64,000 bases of DNA from assembly GCF_009914755.1 (NCBI RefSeq), contig NC_060945.1. One strand, 5' to 3'. The translations under genes and the position numbers were made by a program. The notes beneath the pieces were generated by a model that was given only the letters and a program-made list of their open reading frames with translations, did no database searches and was not told the origin of the DNA. Position 1 is the stretch's first letter, and each line of letters opens with the position of its first letter. The stretch comes from the human T2T-CHM13v2.0 reference genome, Homo sapiens. This document shows positions 48,541 through 64,000 of this stretch, piece by piece.

Positions 48541-51043
48541 AAAAAAAAAAAGAATGGAAAATAAGTCACTTTGATTAAAGCTACTGAAAGTTGGAGTAGA
48601 TTTAAATGTCCTTTTGTATTTATTTGACTATAATTTCTATTAATTGAAATATTTTAACCAATTTAACCAGTTGGTTTTGTTGTCACAAGCATGATATATT
48701 CATTCATACAGTAAGGTTTATGAAGCATCTACTAATGTGCCAGACACAGTCTGGCCATATATGTGTATATTATAAACACACACAGGAGATATATATATTT
48801 ATGTATAGAGAGAGAGTTTTAAGTATGTAGTATTGAGTATTCAATACTATTAATTCATTTAAAAATAATTCTTGCATGATAACTACTTGGCTATCAGGTA
48901 TCTGCTAGACCTTGAGAAGGAAGTATGAAGATAACTAAGACATATTTCCTATTTTTCTGAAGCCACAGTCTGGCCAAATTCATGTAACTTGATGGCAATT
49001 TGCAGAGAATTTCAAAGTCTGGGGATCATAACTATTTGTACTGAAGACAGAAAAAATAAAAAGGGAAAGAGAAAAAAAGGACCATCAGAAAAGAAGCTCT
49101 AAAGTTGAGGAGGAAGAAATTGAGAGATTTGGAAGACTATAAACAGAAACAGACATGACGAATATCATCTAGCGTGAAGAGGGCATATAGGGAAAGAATG
49201 TGATGTAAAAGCACAGCTCTAGGAGCTGCTAATTGTATCACAAGCTCTAGTTAGCAGAATAGTAAACTGCAACCTTGTATTTTGTGCCCAATGTTGAATT
49301 TAGTTGAATTATAAAGGAGCGACGGAAAGGTTTCCAAAGGCTGAAATATTTTCTAAAGCATATCAGATGTTCAGTAATAATGCAGTCATCTAGGGTAGAC
49401 AAAACAAAGTTTGTGGACATTTGAACTTGCATTGATTTAAGAGATTATTCAAACCTATATTTATAAAATCATTTTACTCTGAATAGTCTATGAAGACAAT
49501 AGTAACTTAGCTATGATCTTCCATTGCTCTAATGGGTCCAGGTCACAATATCATGAGCAAAGGTCAAATTTTTAAGAAACAATCCAACAATATGAGCAGC
49601 GTGCCATCAAAAACAAGCTTCAACCCTGTAATTATGTAAAGGCCTGCACAAATAGGACAGTCTTTTAACCTAGAAGCTCATTCTGTGCCCTAAATCACAC
49701 ACAAAGGGAAAATGACGGCATGCTATCTCAGGTGGAAACATAAAGTACTTAACTGGGTGACACACAATTGAGGTGGGTACCTGCTAGGACTTCAGTGGTC
49801 ACTGGAGAAAAATAAAAGCAAGAAGGAAGAGGAGGTCAGCAGTACAGCTGGAGTCACAGTGGGGATTCTAGCAACCCAGTGCCAGAAACAATGGCTAACA
49901 TGGCTGAGTGCCTCCTCTGCTGACCCCTTCACCTGTATAATGCTATGTGCATCTAACAGAAGCCCAGTACACAGTCACCAACGCCATTCCCATTTTACAG
50001 ATGCAGGAACTGAAGCTGAGAACGCCTATACAACATGCCCACAGGCTTATGGTCTTCTCTCCAGTCCTCCTCACCTTCAGGCTGAAGAGCTGCAGAAAGT
50101 CATGGCATTTATCCTGCATTTTTCTCCATTTGCCTTGCAAATAAATGCCAACAACACGAAAAAAAAAATAGTTGAAATAAAAACACCCACAAATAACAGC
50201 TTGTCTTTTCCCCTAAGGAGGTAGACAGAATGAAAATAAAGGAAGCCATCATTCTTTATTGGATGCTGGCATGAATCTTGAGCTGGTATGGAAGATTATT
50301 TGCTGGATAAACTATTCTTATTTTATATATTTTTATGCATTTATAAAGCTCATTTCAGCTAGGCCTTGTCCCATAAAACCCAAGGGAATTGTAGTAATTC
50401 AAAAGTGAAGATACTTTTTGAAATGGAACTAGAACAGTGGTGTAGAAAATGGGTAAAATGAGAAACAAAACTGGATTCAATAAGATTGGATAGATCAGTC
50501 TGTGAAGGAAAGTCTACAGGCAACTATTTCAGGGTGAAAAAGAAAAAGTGGTTCTTCAGATGAGAACTACACTTGGCTGCCATAGGTTGGATTCCACCTA
50601 AAGATGGGTTTTATTTGCCCTGTACAATGGTTTACAAATATCCAAGCCAACACTAAAAAGCTGTGAATTTCCATATAAAACCAAGTTTTCCGGCTTCTCT
50701 TAAAACACAAGTCCATACTAAGACCCCATTTCCACTTGCGATCAGTTGGCAGGGCCTTGCTAGAGTCTTTTCTTTTAGACAGTAGTGAACCCTGAAATGG
50801 CCCATGTCCGCCTCGCTCCTTTGACCCTGTTCTCTAGCCTCTGCATTCTATTATCTGCCATGCCTTGCTGACCTCAAAATTTGCAGCTTTCACAACCCGG
50901 ACGATTCACAGGTGTTCAAGTTGAAGACCAAACTGCTGGCTGACTTAATGTTAGCCAGTTACCATCACCTTGTGTAATTCAGTGAGGCCAAGTCCCAAAC
51001 ACTGACTATATAGTAAGACCTCTCCCCTTTCAGAAGCCCTCAG

Positions 51044-51495
51044 TGTGGCAGTTTTAAAATACAGCCCTCACATTTTTGACAGTCTTCTCATCAAGCAGTG
51101 GGGGCCTCTTTCTCTGGAATCAGGGTTTCTTGGGCTCTGTGACTGCTTGCCCAATAGAATATGACAGAAATGATAGCTGTGTCAGTTTCCAGGCCCAACC
51201 TAAGGAAACTGGCTATTTCCACAGACTGTATCTTGGACCATTTGCTGCTAGAACCCAGCCACCATGCTGTGAGGAAGCTAAAGCACCTTGTGGAGAGGCC
51301 AGCACAGGGAGAACACAGCCAGGTCGGTGAGCCACTTTGGAAGTGGATCCCCAGCCCCAGGAGAGCCTCTGCAGCATGGTACCCTCACTAGGTCCCGCCC
51401 AAATTTCAGATTCATAAACAAAGTAAGTGACTGCTGTAGTTTTAATCCAGTGAACTTTGGGATGGTTTGTTATGCAGCCATCCATAAACAGAGCA
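51044..51495 (+). mobile_element. MLT1 (F/G/H-like) LTR
   Basis: gccaccatgctgtgaggaagc...tttgttatgcagc motifs. Confidence 0.65.
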
Positions 51496-51594
51496 CCCAT
51501 TTGGTCTGAACACTGAGAAGGGCTTTCACAGCAGATGAGGGAGGACCAGGAAGGTGCACTTCCCTAAGCGACGGCCCCCAGGTGGCCTTGCTCA

Positions 51595-51936
<342 letters not shown>

Positions 51937-53298
51937 TCACCATCAGAAGTCTGAACCAACGGCATGGCCCTTCCTGGCTTGGGGCTGTTTTCTTCCAGAT
52001 CATGGTGGGACCTGGTAGGAGTTCTGGCTCCTTGGCGGAGGCTCCTGCCTTAGGCACTCTGAGGCCAGCTTCACAAGTCTCAGCAGATCCGGTTAAGGGA
52101 AGCTTTGTTGCAACCAAATTGCTGTAGTCAGATGTCCCAGCTTGGGACATTTCCATAAATAAATAACGCCTTCCCTTTAAAAAAAATCCTGCTTTTAGTG
52201 AAAACAGTAGGAGCCAGGCAGCAGCCCCCTCTCTGCTCCAACCTGCAAATGGATCTATGCCCTAGAGACTCTTTAATTGGCATGAATGATTTGAGCTGCA
52301 GTTCAGCTTCTGGGGCCTCAGCTCAGGAAGGAAGATGTGATGATATTTAGAAATAAAGATGTCATGTTGCACGGAAATTGGCCACAAGCCAGAATGGCCC
52401 CCGACCCCTGGGATGCGTCTTCTGTTGTGATTACCCTTTATGGGGACTAGAAAACCATCAGGACAAAAACTGGTGCCCACATGCCTTTGAGCTGGGCCAC
52501 GCCATCTTGGTCAGGGAGATGTCTGCGTTTCAAATGCACTAAAAAGTTTTAGGGTCTCCTCTGTGTGGAACTCTGAGACTCTTCTAAGAGAAATCACAGC
52601 CTTAAAAATAAATTCACATGGCGACGATCCTCCTCTGGAACACTGTTTTTGAAGTATATCATCAAGAACAAAAGAAAAATGAGTATTAAAATTTCCTACA
52701 GCTATTAGATTCAGATGTAATTTCTTTTCAAAATTTAAGAGGGGGTGGTGGGCAACCCGGTGCTATTCTTAGGGCCTGTCTTCTCTCTGAAGTGAAAACT
52801 TGGTGGTTGATGGCATAGACTGGATGACTTACCTTATAACCAACCCCTGTTTAATTGTCAAACGGATCAGCCTGTGTTCCCTATAGAGGGTGCTATGACC
52901 TCATCATGTAACTTCAAGTGCTGTGTCTTAATCTTGGAGATGGTAATGGGTCAGACGCCCTCAGAGTGTAATCAGCAATTACTGCAATCACGGGGGTGAA
53001 AATTTAAAAATGTCTCTATTTCTCCCAGTGGGGTAGGAACTAAATGGAGAAATAAGCTTGGGTCTAAGATTCAGGACACCTGCAGAATAGATGCAGTTTG
53101 GCTCTGTTTTGCCCTGTGTGGAGTAAAGGCTGTGCAGTTGTATTAGTAACTGTTAGATAAACCGCGTAACAATTTGAAAGTGACCTTCAAAAGAACATAA
53201 GTAAGAGGGAGGAAGCCCTCTCTCCCCTCCCCAAGGAGCCCATGAAGCTCAAGGTGCGGGGGCCGTGCTGGTCCCCAGGGACGGAGGAGGCAGCGTCA

Positions 53299-53574
<276 letters not shown>

Positions 53575-54101
53575 TCAGTGCCACCCACCCAGCACTGCCG
53601 ACTCGCCCACGCCCTCCAGGAAAACTTCCTTGACTTCTCCTGTGCAGAGGATACTTTCCCTTTCCTTTATGGCTTGAAACCTTCATCTGATACTTACGTG
53701 TTTAATCAGCCCTGCAGGGAAAAGAACACCCTACTTGGATTCAGAAGTTACATATTTGAGTCTTGCTCTTGGCCTTTAATAATGTTATGACCCTTCTAAC
53801 ATTAAAAGCTAGAAATGGAATGAGGGGAGACTGACAACAATTACAGGACAAAACAAGAAAATTTCAAACAGTGATGAAGATTATAAAGAAAATGAAACCA
53901 ATTACTGTGCTAGAGAATGACTTGAGAGAGGTACTTTGGTTACGATGTTTGCAACTGCAATTAAATGGATGATAGTACAAAAAATAATGTTATGACCCGA
54001 TGCACATCATTTAAACTTCCTGGGCATCGTCATATTCTGTAAAACAAGGAAGCTCAGCCCAGTGTGTTCTAACATGACCTCCTTTCTACATCCTTAGGTG
54101 T

Positions 54102-54420
54102 TGTTATGCGTGAATCACGTCCCCCCAAAAGACATGTTCATGTCCTAACCCCCAGGACCTCAGAATGTGTGATCTGGTTTGGAAATAAGGTCATCACAGA
54201 TGAAATTAGCTAAGACAAGGTCATATTGGAATAGGGTTGGCCCTTAATCCACTGTGACTGGTGTCCTTTTAAGAAGAGGACACAGACACAGGAGGGGAGA
54301 GGGCCATGGGATGATGCAGGTGGAGACTGGAGTGCTACAGCTGCAAGCAAATACATTTCTGTGCTGTGAAGCCACCCATTTGGTGGTACTACGTTAAAAC
54401 AGCTCTAGGAAATTAATACA
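54102..54420 (+). mobile_element. MLT1 (B/C-like) LTR, internally deleted
   Basis: cctaacccccaggacctcagaatgtg...gcagctctagga-like end, aattaataca terminus. Confidence 0.75.
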
Positions 54421-57400
54421 GATGTTGCCTGTATTTTTGTTTCTCATATTACTACTCATTGTTTTAATGATGACTGTTTTATTCATTAAGTTGAAAGCTC
54501 CTAAAGCAGAGGGACCATATTTTTATGTCCCAACTCTCCTTAAGGCCTTGCCTATGATAGCACATCTCTTCAATAGAATTGTCCTAACTTTAACAGAGAC
54601 AACTTGGGTTATTTAATATGGAGAACAAAGGGTTAAGCTGGTGCCAGATGGGTTTCATTTTCTCTAAATCTGGAACCAAAGGCAGCAAGTCTATGGGGTG
54701 GACGGAGTTCTTAGCTCAACCCTTTGGTGAGGTAAGAAGAAGGATGTTCCACCAGCAGAGACTGTCAGGTACCAGAATGGGCTACAACATCGCCTCTTCT
54801 GGAATTCTGTGGAAAATGAGAGAGGTTCAGTTACCTGGAATGATTTTTCTGGGGCTCCAGCCTGGAGACAGCTTAAGGTCCTAGATGGGTCTTTTCTACC
54901 TTTGAATTCTCTGCTTCTCAAAGAGCAGTTTGATACAGTTATATTTCAGTATGGTCTGGCCACTTCTAAACCCAGCAGACTGTATTCACTGTTGGGCTCT
55001 CACGAAGTTTCAAAGGAGCAAAACTGACAGGGCCGGCCTGTAATGTTATTGCACCGATTTATTTATGTGCTTTCATGAGCCTGGCAGTGTCTCCAGGGCA
55101 GGGGCAATGGTATCCCTCTGTGGATCCATTCATAGAGCCTACAATAATCCCTGACATACAGAGTTTTCTGAAGGAATTCATAGACCTAGGGTCACTTTAT
55201 GAAGGCAATGGAAGCTCAGAGAGAAGTGACATAGCTGTTACGTGATAAAACTATAACCCAAACCTTCTGCCTTTTCAGTTCAGATAACGCCTGTTACTTG
55301 ACCACATATGGCCAAATCCTGAGTGTCTAAGTTTCCTAGTGCTGTGTCTACATGACCTTGGCTTGCTTATAATTCCATGTTGGAATGTGAAAGGCTAACA
55401 CTGGGAAGGTGCAATGACTTTGTTTTTAAACGGGAGATTTCCTCACTGCAAGTTTCTAGTTAATTCGACTTTGAATCTAATCTATCATTCTGTGTCGCTG
55501 GAGAGGTGCGTTAAGATGGCAGCCAAAGAGATAGATTTTAAGATCTCCTAAATCATCAGAATACTCAATCTTGGTAAATATTCTCTGGGGCATTGATTTT
55601 AAGACACATTTCATCCCTTACTTGCACAATTCCACGGAAGACTTCATTAGATTTTTTTTGTCCTTGATGAGAATGTAAATGAGTTATGTTGGAGCTCTAC
55701 ACAACCAGGTATGAATGATAATTGGGTTTCTTCACCGAAATGCTAGGAAAGAGGCCCTCAAAAAGACAGAAAAACATTATGATGGGGAAGAGGCTAAATG
55801 TCTTCCAGGCACTATCGACTTGATAAGTGGAGCTTAAATAAGTGAAGCTTGTTATTTAAATGCTAATGAGTCTTTTCCAGAAAATTACCCAGTCCCTTAC
55901 ATAAGTTTTGAAAATTCTCATTTTTATTCTTCTTTAAGTTTCTTGCAACTACAACTGTTGTAGCTCATTCTGAGCAGGTTTACTTCTGGCATGGAAGTTG
56001 GGGGGTGGTTGGGGGGTATAGTTTGCTAGTCCCACTTCAAGGATACAGTCATTTCCTCCAATCCCCCAAACCTTGACCCTCATTTCTTCTGCTTGAGCTC
56101 ACTCTCCAATGGTGGGGCAAAGATCTTCACTGTCATAGCCCCTTTCCTCATTGAGATCACCCTACTTGGAAAATTCCATGGGAAAGTCGCACATGCAGCC
56201 TTGATTCAAAGCCTGGTCTCTTTTCAAGTTAATTTTGTTCATAATCTCTTTTTTTCTAGATGAGGACAGTTTTACTGGTGGCCTGATAATGTTGAAAATT
56301 TAGGTCATGATATTAGTTTCCTTAAACCACAGCCCTCAGTTCTGTACTGCGCTAGGCAGGCATCCTAGGGTCAAAATTGCCTCAGTATGTAGAATACTGG
56401 GGTATTTGACACATTTATTTTTTAATAATTTGGTTTTTGGAGCCATTGTTTTGTACCTGAACTGAACTCTGCTGTATGATAATGACTAAGATAGCAGCTA
56501 AAATATAATTTTTACTTGGATTCCACAGGAAGCCTTTTTTGTGTAACTTACTAGCTCATCTACTGAGCAAATAAACGCTGGGATTTACTGCTCCTTCATG
56601 GAAAGTATTTTGTTAGGCTCCCAGCATTCTAATATAAATAAAACTCGGTGATTAAGCTTCATGCCTGCTCAGCAGCCCATGAGTTGGAGGGCACAGGATA
56701 TAAATAGCTCATGGCCTTTCAACATGGGGTTTGAACCCTAATTAAGCTTCTGCCCATTGAATCAGATTATTTTAATTATCCTGAGTTTGGGATGAGAGAG
56801 GATTTTGTAGATAATATAATAGGTTACAGAACATGTCATGCGTACTGTGATCATGGTATTAATCTGCTTTCATCTGTGCCATTGGTTTCCATATCTTGCA
56901 GTTGTGGAGGTCCAGCTTTACATAACGAATTTACTAGTTGTCTCAGAGAGAGGATGAAACTGGGAGATCTGAACACTCCCTCATGTAACTAAAAAATATT
57001 TATCTAGCACTTATTACATCCTGGACCACTGGATGCACCTCACCCACCCCAGGTATTTCCCTCAGGGCCACTGCTAGTCCCATCCTGGGTAACAGAGGGC
57101 ATTTTTTCTTTCAAAGTCTCAGCAATAAAGATTCAAGTCCATGTTGTAAGCTCTTGTCATTGAATGTGCGTACATGTGAAGTCTATTCTTTAGTCTCTAC
57201 ATATTCTATATGTAGTATCTCTACCTAAAGGCCATGTAGAATGACTGAGAGTGAGAGCTTTGGAATTAGGCTGCCTGGGCTGGAAGTTCATATTCACTAC
57301 TCCCTGGCTGTGTCGCTGGCCAAGTGACCTTGTCAGACAGACCTGACTAATCCCCTAGTCTCTGAGACTAGGTGATGTCATCACCCACGTTAAGAGCTGT

Positions 57401-59310
57401 CCTGAAGTTTAAATGAGATTAATGTGCCCAAGTGCTCCGGGCACATGGCACAGGCACAGCTGGCCGTGCCCATGATTCCTATGCAGCAAACATGACTCAA
57501 TGTCTTTTCTTTTCCATTCCCATTGTTCTGATCTCAGAACTTGATGGCTGATTGGTATTTATCCACTACATGCCTGTGTCAGACACTGTGGCTGGTATGG
57601 GGATGAGGACATGGATAGAGTCCTAGTTTTCCAGTGTATTATAATCCACAGGAAAGACAGAGAAGTAATCAGTGCAGCAGAACCAGCCAAGGGATGTGTT
57701 TTCACTACTGACAGAGATAAATAGCAAATTGTTATGATTTCTTCCATCCTCATAAGAATCTGTTGCAACCCTCTGGCAAACTAATAAAATGCCTAGAAAC
57801 ATAACTTCTACAATGCAGTCATTCTGGTATGCAAGCAACATGTTTTAGATGCTTTTCTTAAAAATAAAGAATTCTTGCAATGACAACACAGTCCTAACAT
57901 ACAAAATAGAATCACGATGTGTTCTCTAGCTGAGAAAATAGAGAATACAAATGATTCTCTGCAAGTATGCCAAACTGTGGTGAGAAGAACCGGCTCCATG
58001 GAATTCACAGAGGTATAAACACCTGGGCAGAGGTGAGAAGCTCTGGTGCAAGAAGCTAGTGGGGGACTGTGCTTCAGAAAGTTCATGGGTTTCAGACTCT
58101 TGAACCCACTGTGGGGCCAGTCACCTACCATTTCTAACTCTAAATAAAACACGGAGTGTTGTCAGTCCCTCACACTGTGGTTTTTGAGGAAGATTTAATG
58201 AAAAAAATGATCCAGCAGATCTTTTACTAATACAGAGGGTTCTGCAAATGCTAAATTAATACGCTCAATTTGGAGAGTGAGGGGGGAACCAGAGACTGAT
58301 GCATGCATTTGAGTAGATTTGCTTGATGTTGGTAAACATCATTTAGTGAAATTCAGCACAAAGGACAGAAACATTGTTCTATAAGCTATAGTGTTTCCCT
58401 GTGATCATCAGGCTAAGCCCCAGGGACAGCATCTCAGCACTCTCAGAATGAAATGCACCTGCCAGGCACTGGCTTAGGGGACCCTGAAAGATGAGGACAG
58501 CTGTTTCTCTGTCTCACCTTTTCCCTGCCTTTCACTGTGCTCCAGTGCCACTTCCATCCTCATCATGCGGGGAACCTTGGGAGCTTTTCCCTGCTGCCCC
58601 CTCTGCTCCTGCTGTGACTCTGATCTTGTTTCATGTCTTCCCCTCACTGGAAGTCCTCCTGAATGACTTGGACCCAAGAGAGCCCCTCCCACTGCTCCAC
58701 ACGCCCGCTGACTCACCATGGCTTCATTCTCTTTCTGTCTAGGACTTACTGAGAAATGAAAACTACTTTAGTTCCATGTCTAATGTCTGCCCCCTGACTA
58801 GGATGAAATGAATGTCTTTTTGCATCTTACTCATGGTGTATCTCCATCATACAGCACTGAGCCATATACGTAAAGTGAAACCTGAATAAATACTTTTGAG
58901 TGCTGAATGAACGCATTAACATTCCCAGCCCTGCTTCCAACTTTATAGCCATGAGATACACACACGTCCCTCCCATGTGCGTCCTGCCTGGCACTCGCTG
59001 ACCACTGGTTTACAGTATCTGCTGTGACTCCGGTTCATGTCTCTGTTGATATTTTACATGCCAACAAATCAACTTCCCCATTATTCTGGGGCTGACCATG
59101 AAGCTGGAAGGTTGCCAGTGCTTTTGTTTTGGGCTGCTGCTTCTCCTGTCTTAACTATTTATGACTAGCTTTATGCATTCTCGGCTGCTAGCTGACCATT
59201 GACAGGGAAGCAGAAATGCATGTTGCTTTTTACCTGGCAGGAAGAACTGATGTGCCGGAGGGGTCCTGCCCTGCTGCGTTACATGCAGGAAACATTTCTA
59301 ACCCTTGGGG

Positions 59311-59470
59311 CAGTGTTTCTCAATGTGGGGTCCAAACGGCCAGCATCAGAATCACCCAGGGTGTCTGTTACCATGCGGATTCCTAGGCCAGAATCTCTGG
59401 GTGGAGGCCTGGAATTGATATTTAAATAGGCACCAGGTGATTCTGATGCATGTAAAGGTGGAGAACGAGA
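59311..59470. mobile_element. MER5A (hAT-Charlie)
   Basis: cagtgtttctcaa...gcatcagaatcacc...ggtgattctgatgca internal inverted repeats. Confidence 0.85.
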
Positions 59471-59716
59471 CCCAGGGCATCTGCTCTGTTGTCTCTTTTG
59501 CCTGCTCTTCTGCCACCGTTTCCAACAGAATGCTGAAGCCAATGCTGCATCACTCTAAAAATCTAATCCTTTCAATATCTGTAACTTTTTCTGATTTAGC
59601 AGCAAAAAAGTGGCTCTTAAACCCATTGGAGCAGTGTCTTGGAGTAGCAGCAAGCCACACCAGGCAGTTCACAAGGGAGAAGCCAACGGCTGAAGAGATG
59701 TCAAAGCCCTTGAATC

Positions 59717-60000
59717 TTTTTTTTTTTTGGAGACAGAGTCTCGCTCTGTCGTCCAGGCTGGAGTGCAGTGGCGTGATCTCAGCTCACTGCAAGCTCTGCC
59801 TCCCAGGTTCACGCCATTCTCCTGCCTCGGCCTTCTGAGTAGCTGGGACTACAGGTGCCCGCCACCAGGCCGGCTAATTTTTCTTATTTTTAGTAGAGAC
59901 GAGGTTTCACCATGTTAGCCAGGATGGTCTCAATCTCCTGACCTCGTGATCCGACCGCCTCGGCCTCCCAAAGTGCTGGGATTGAGCCACTGCGCCCAGT
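59717..60000 (-). mobile_element. AluY
   Basis: gcaagctctgcctcccaggttcacgccattc, aggatggtctc. Confidence 0.92.
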
Positions 60001-60644
60001 CTGGATCATTTTTTAAGAGCAAGGCTCTGGCACACACCCCTTTGCAAAGCTAATTCCCACTCATATCCCGTTTATGTCTTCAGAATGTATTAATGTGATC
60101 AAAGAAGAAAGGCGGTAAGAAGATTAGACAAAAGGAAGAGGTAAAAGACTTCTTTAGAATGTAGAATATTCTTGAAAACATTTTTTAAATGAATTTCAAT
60201 GCCTGCTGAAACTGTTTTCTGTATATTACAATGTTATTTCGTAGGCAATGGGTTTACTTCATAAAGCTCACTGCATTTCGCAAATGCTTCCCAAGCTAGG
60301 ATTTATGAAGAATAGCTTTTAACATTATAATAGTTATTTTTCTAATAATAACACACTATTCTAAGAATGTAAATTTTTGCAAAGAAATTGATTAGAGATT
60401 TGAAAGCTAGACGTCAAAGTTTCCAAAATGATAATAATCAGGACATCAATTTCTCAGTCTTTAAAGAGATTTAGGAACGATTCCAATTATGAAGAAATAA
60501 GAGTATCTAATTAATAAGCTCTAGATACATATTAGGGGATTCACCTTCATTGCAGTAATTAATTTCCATATATTATGGATGCAAATATTAATAACAAAAT
60601 CCAACATAATCTTCACATTAACTAGAATTATAATTTTTCTCAAA

Positions 60645-60890
60645 CAGTGTGTTCAGGGGCAAAAGCATAAGCTTTGGGGATAGATGGGTCTGTTTCTGAA
60701 TCTTGGTTTTACTACTTATGTGTGCAACTTTATACTGTTTGCATAATTTATCTGAGGCTGCAGTTTTCTCATCTGCAGAATAGAGGCTATGATACCTGCT
60801 TCACGAGTAGGTATCTTACAGGATTGTTGCAAAGATAACGTGCATGACATCATCGTTCTATCCCAATACTGGCATACAGCAGATACACAC
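60645..60890 (+). mobile_element. MIR SINE
   Basis: tctgaggctgcagttttctcatctgcagaatag core. Confidence 0.6.
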
Positions 60891-61151
60891 TAAAGTAGAT
60901 TACTTTTTTCCTTTTCTGTGTTGCTTAAATTAAAAAAATAAATACATGTACCTGAAATTTCTAGCACTTTTTATAGTAACCAATACTAACAGTAATTCAA
61001 CTGACATAATAATAGCCAAGATCCATCAATAACAGCTCATTATCCCAATTAGGGATGTTATTATACCCATTTGTTTCTCAGGCATAGGTATGAAAAGCCA
61101 CACATTTTCATTTGAGAGAGAAAGAACATTACTATGTTTTCAGCATTGTTA

Positions 61152-61457
<306 letters not shown>

Positions 61458-64000
61458 CTAAAGTGACAAAAATGATTGAAAATTCAAGCACTGAATTAGC
61501 ATTACTCTAGAGTGCTAGGAATAGAAGCTTCTTCCTAGGGGTTGGCTTTGGGAGCAATGAGCTAAGAAGAACCATGACTATGCAGAGAAGGAGCTCTCTT
61601 TTCTCTTTGGGCTTGGCTTTTCATTAAGCTAACATTGATTTGAACTCTGGATTTATGTGTTTGTCAAAAGCTTCTCTGAGACATCATCTGCGATGCCAGC
61701 CCCCTCACCAGTGATGAGGCTGTCAATGAAGACAGGTCCCTTTGGCTGCTGGGAAGCTCTGTTTGCAGGACTAGAAAATCGCCACTACAGTTCTCTCTAC
61801 TGAGGTTTGCTCTCATTCTGAACTTGGCTAATGTTTGGAGGGGAAATAAAAGAGAAGAAAACATGCCAGTCTTCAGAGCTTATTGATTGCTCTATTTTAA
61901 AGGACTCAAGGTATGTTCCTTTTCTTCCCACCTCCTGTAAGCTTTAAGCACTCTAGAACATCCATTAACTGACTTCTCCTACATGATTCACTTGTCAGAC
62001 TTCCCAAGTCCTACTGCCGTGGGCACTTGAAGGTGAGCGAGGCAGGAGCCTGGGTTTGGATGGGTTCTGGGCATCTTAGTGCTTGGAGCAGGAGCTGCTG
62101 TTTGAGCTGGGTCATTATTTGGTGGGCCAGGATTCTCATTACTACCTTGTGATATGTTTCATACTTTTTAAAAAGCTTTTTTACTCCAAGGGAGACTTTG
62201 GCTAGGATATACAGATTTTTCATAAATTTTCAAAGATTGCAGCCCAGGATGCTGTTGCTAAGAGTTTATCAGTCAGCAGGGACCATACTGCAGCCCTGCC
62301 CTGACACTGCAACAGGGATGCGAAAGTCGTAAACAACACAGCTCGACTTCTGTGCCCAAAAAAGGCTCTGAACAGAATGAACCTTACAAAATCCAATTAC
62401 TCAGTCTCTGGCAGGAAAGGAAAGCCTCTCAAAGTTAGAATAAAATTTCCTGGCAGAGAAATAGAGGAAAGGCTGCCAAGATGTCTGTGAGTATCCCAGC
62501 GCATGGTGCGGTGAGGTTGGCACCACAGCAGGCGCCTGGGCTTGGCTTGGAGGTCCGGCCCCGTGGCGGTCACTCGACTCCTCAAAGAGGGTGGCTCTTC
62601 CACAGAGACAGCTTCCTACAACTGGACCCAGCACGAGAGGCTCCGTGTCTACATTTGTTTTTCATTAATGATGGGATATGTCACAGTTTCTAGCAGGCAG
62701 GCCCTTTTAGATCACACCAGATGATCTGCGGGGCTAGGTTACACACTTTTCATGGAAAATTTTGGGCGCCTGTCTGATCATGAGGTTAACCATTCATTCT
62801 AGCTGGAAATTAATGTCACTGTAATATTGGATTCTTGTGGTCAGAGCCCAGAGCATTTTGAAGCACCACAGTTCCACTTCCCAGTAATTAGAAAATGCCA
62901 TCGACCCATTGTCAGGCATCACAAGGAGGTCAAGGGCTCTTGCTGATACATGATCCTGCATGGACTGGGATGGATCTCTGGCGAACGGTCATATTTACAA
63001 ATGGAAATGACTGGCAGGCTTCCTCTGGTGTTAAGCCCCCCAGTGACCAGCTCTTGGAAGGCCATAGACCACTCATGGCATCTGCCTAGCTATCTATTTT
63101 CATAGCCATATGTAGGATTATTGTCTAGTGAGACGCATTTAGCAAATATTGTAACGTGTTATATAACCATGGTGACCTCCACAAACTATGTAACCTCTCT
63201 GTGTCTCAGTTACAAAAGAAACTTTTCCTATGTTGGCTGGAAGGGTTAAATTAAATAATGCATATAAATGGCTTATAAAATTATATGGTCAAAGGAATTA
63301 CATTCTAATTTTTGAAATTTTTTCAAAGGAAATTTTCAGTTTTAATGCCCAATCTACTGGGTGAAACAAAAGAGATTCCAGGTATACCTTCCCCTTTCCC
63401 AAAAAAAGATAATCAAAAGCAAAACATAGTAGCTTATCCCTTGTCCTGATACAAGCAAGCTAATAAAATCTTGTGTACTTTAGGGCAGGTAGTGCCACCT
63501 CACATACATGGTTTAACTGAAGTGTTTCACTGAAGTTAGCTGATCAAGAGCCACTTTGCACTTGACCAATCTTTAAGTGCTGCTATGCCTGGACCAAATG
63601 TGACTTCAGCCAGGAGAACCCAGGCCTTAGAATTTAGGAGCCATTAGGTCAAGATGTCTCCAGTGGTGGGTGGGGCAGCAGAAGGGTGATGGTTGATGGA
63701 GCAGGTGTTCTGCCCACCTGGTCTCTTACCACTGCCTTCCCGGCAGGAGGCAGCTGGGCTATGTGCTGAGAGTCAGGCAGTTTATCCAGACCACAAGAAA
63801 GGGTTGTCCTGGGACTCATGCCAGCAAACACCTTCCAAAACAAACATAGCCAGGTTTGAAAAGAGGCAGCCTCGGAGCCTGCCTCAGGGTGTTTCCATGG
63901 GCACTCAAAAGCTTGGATAACTTCTGGTTGAGGGTTTCTTGGAAGCAGCCTGTTGGTGTGGAAGCAGGTGGCCTGCTGCTGTGCTAGCTGTCATTGGAGA

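Overview
Human-type (primate) genomic DNA containing the 3' end of DSCAM on the minus strand. The last four coding exons (61187-61336, 53307-53504, 51600-51902, 22248-22600) splice in frame through GT-AG phase-1 junctions and encode the cytoplasmic tail ending ...KSYTLV*. A 3' UTR follows with at least two AATAAA sites, then about 20 kb of repeat-rich intergenic DNA (Alu, MIR/L2, MaLR LTRs, MER DNA transposons). The most unusual structure is in the 29-kb terminal intron: two near-full-length young LINE-1s (L1PA2/L1PA3-like) lie head-to-head around a 4.3-kb spacer. Each has its own target-site duplication and its own, different 3' transduction, so they are independent insertions. They nevertheless share an apparently identical ~1.5-kb tract that includes an ORF1-killing deletion, which points to gene conversion in an invertible cassette. 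The right copy lacks the YY1 site, and its antisense ORF0 splice donor is in frame with the DSCAM terminal exon, predicting an L1-ORF0/DSCAM-tail fusion. All comparisons were made by eye; subfamily calls and functional claims need checking.
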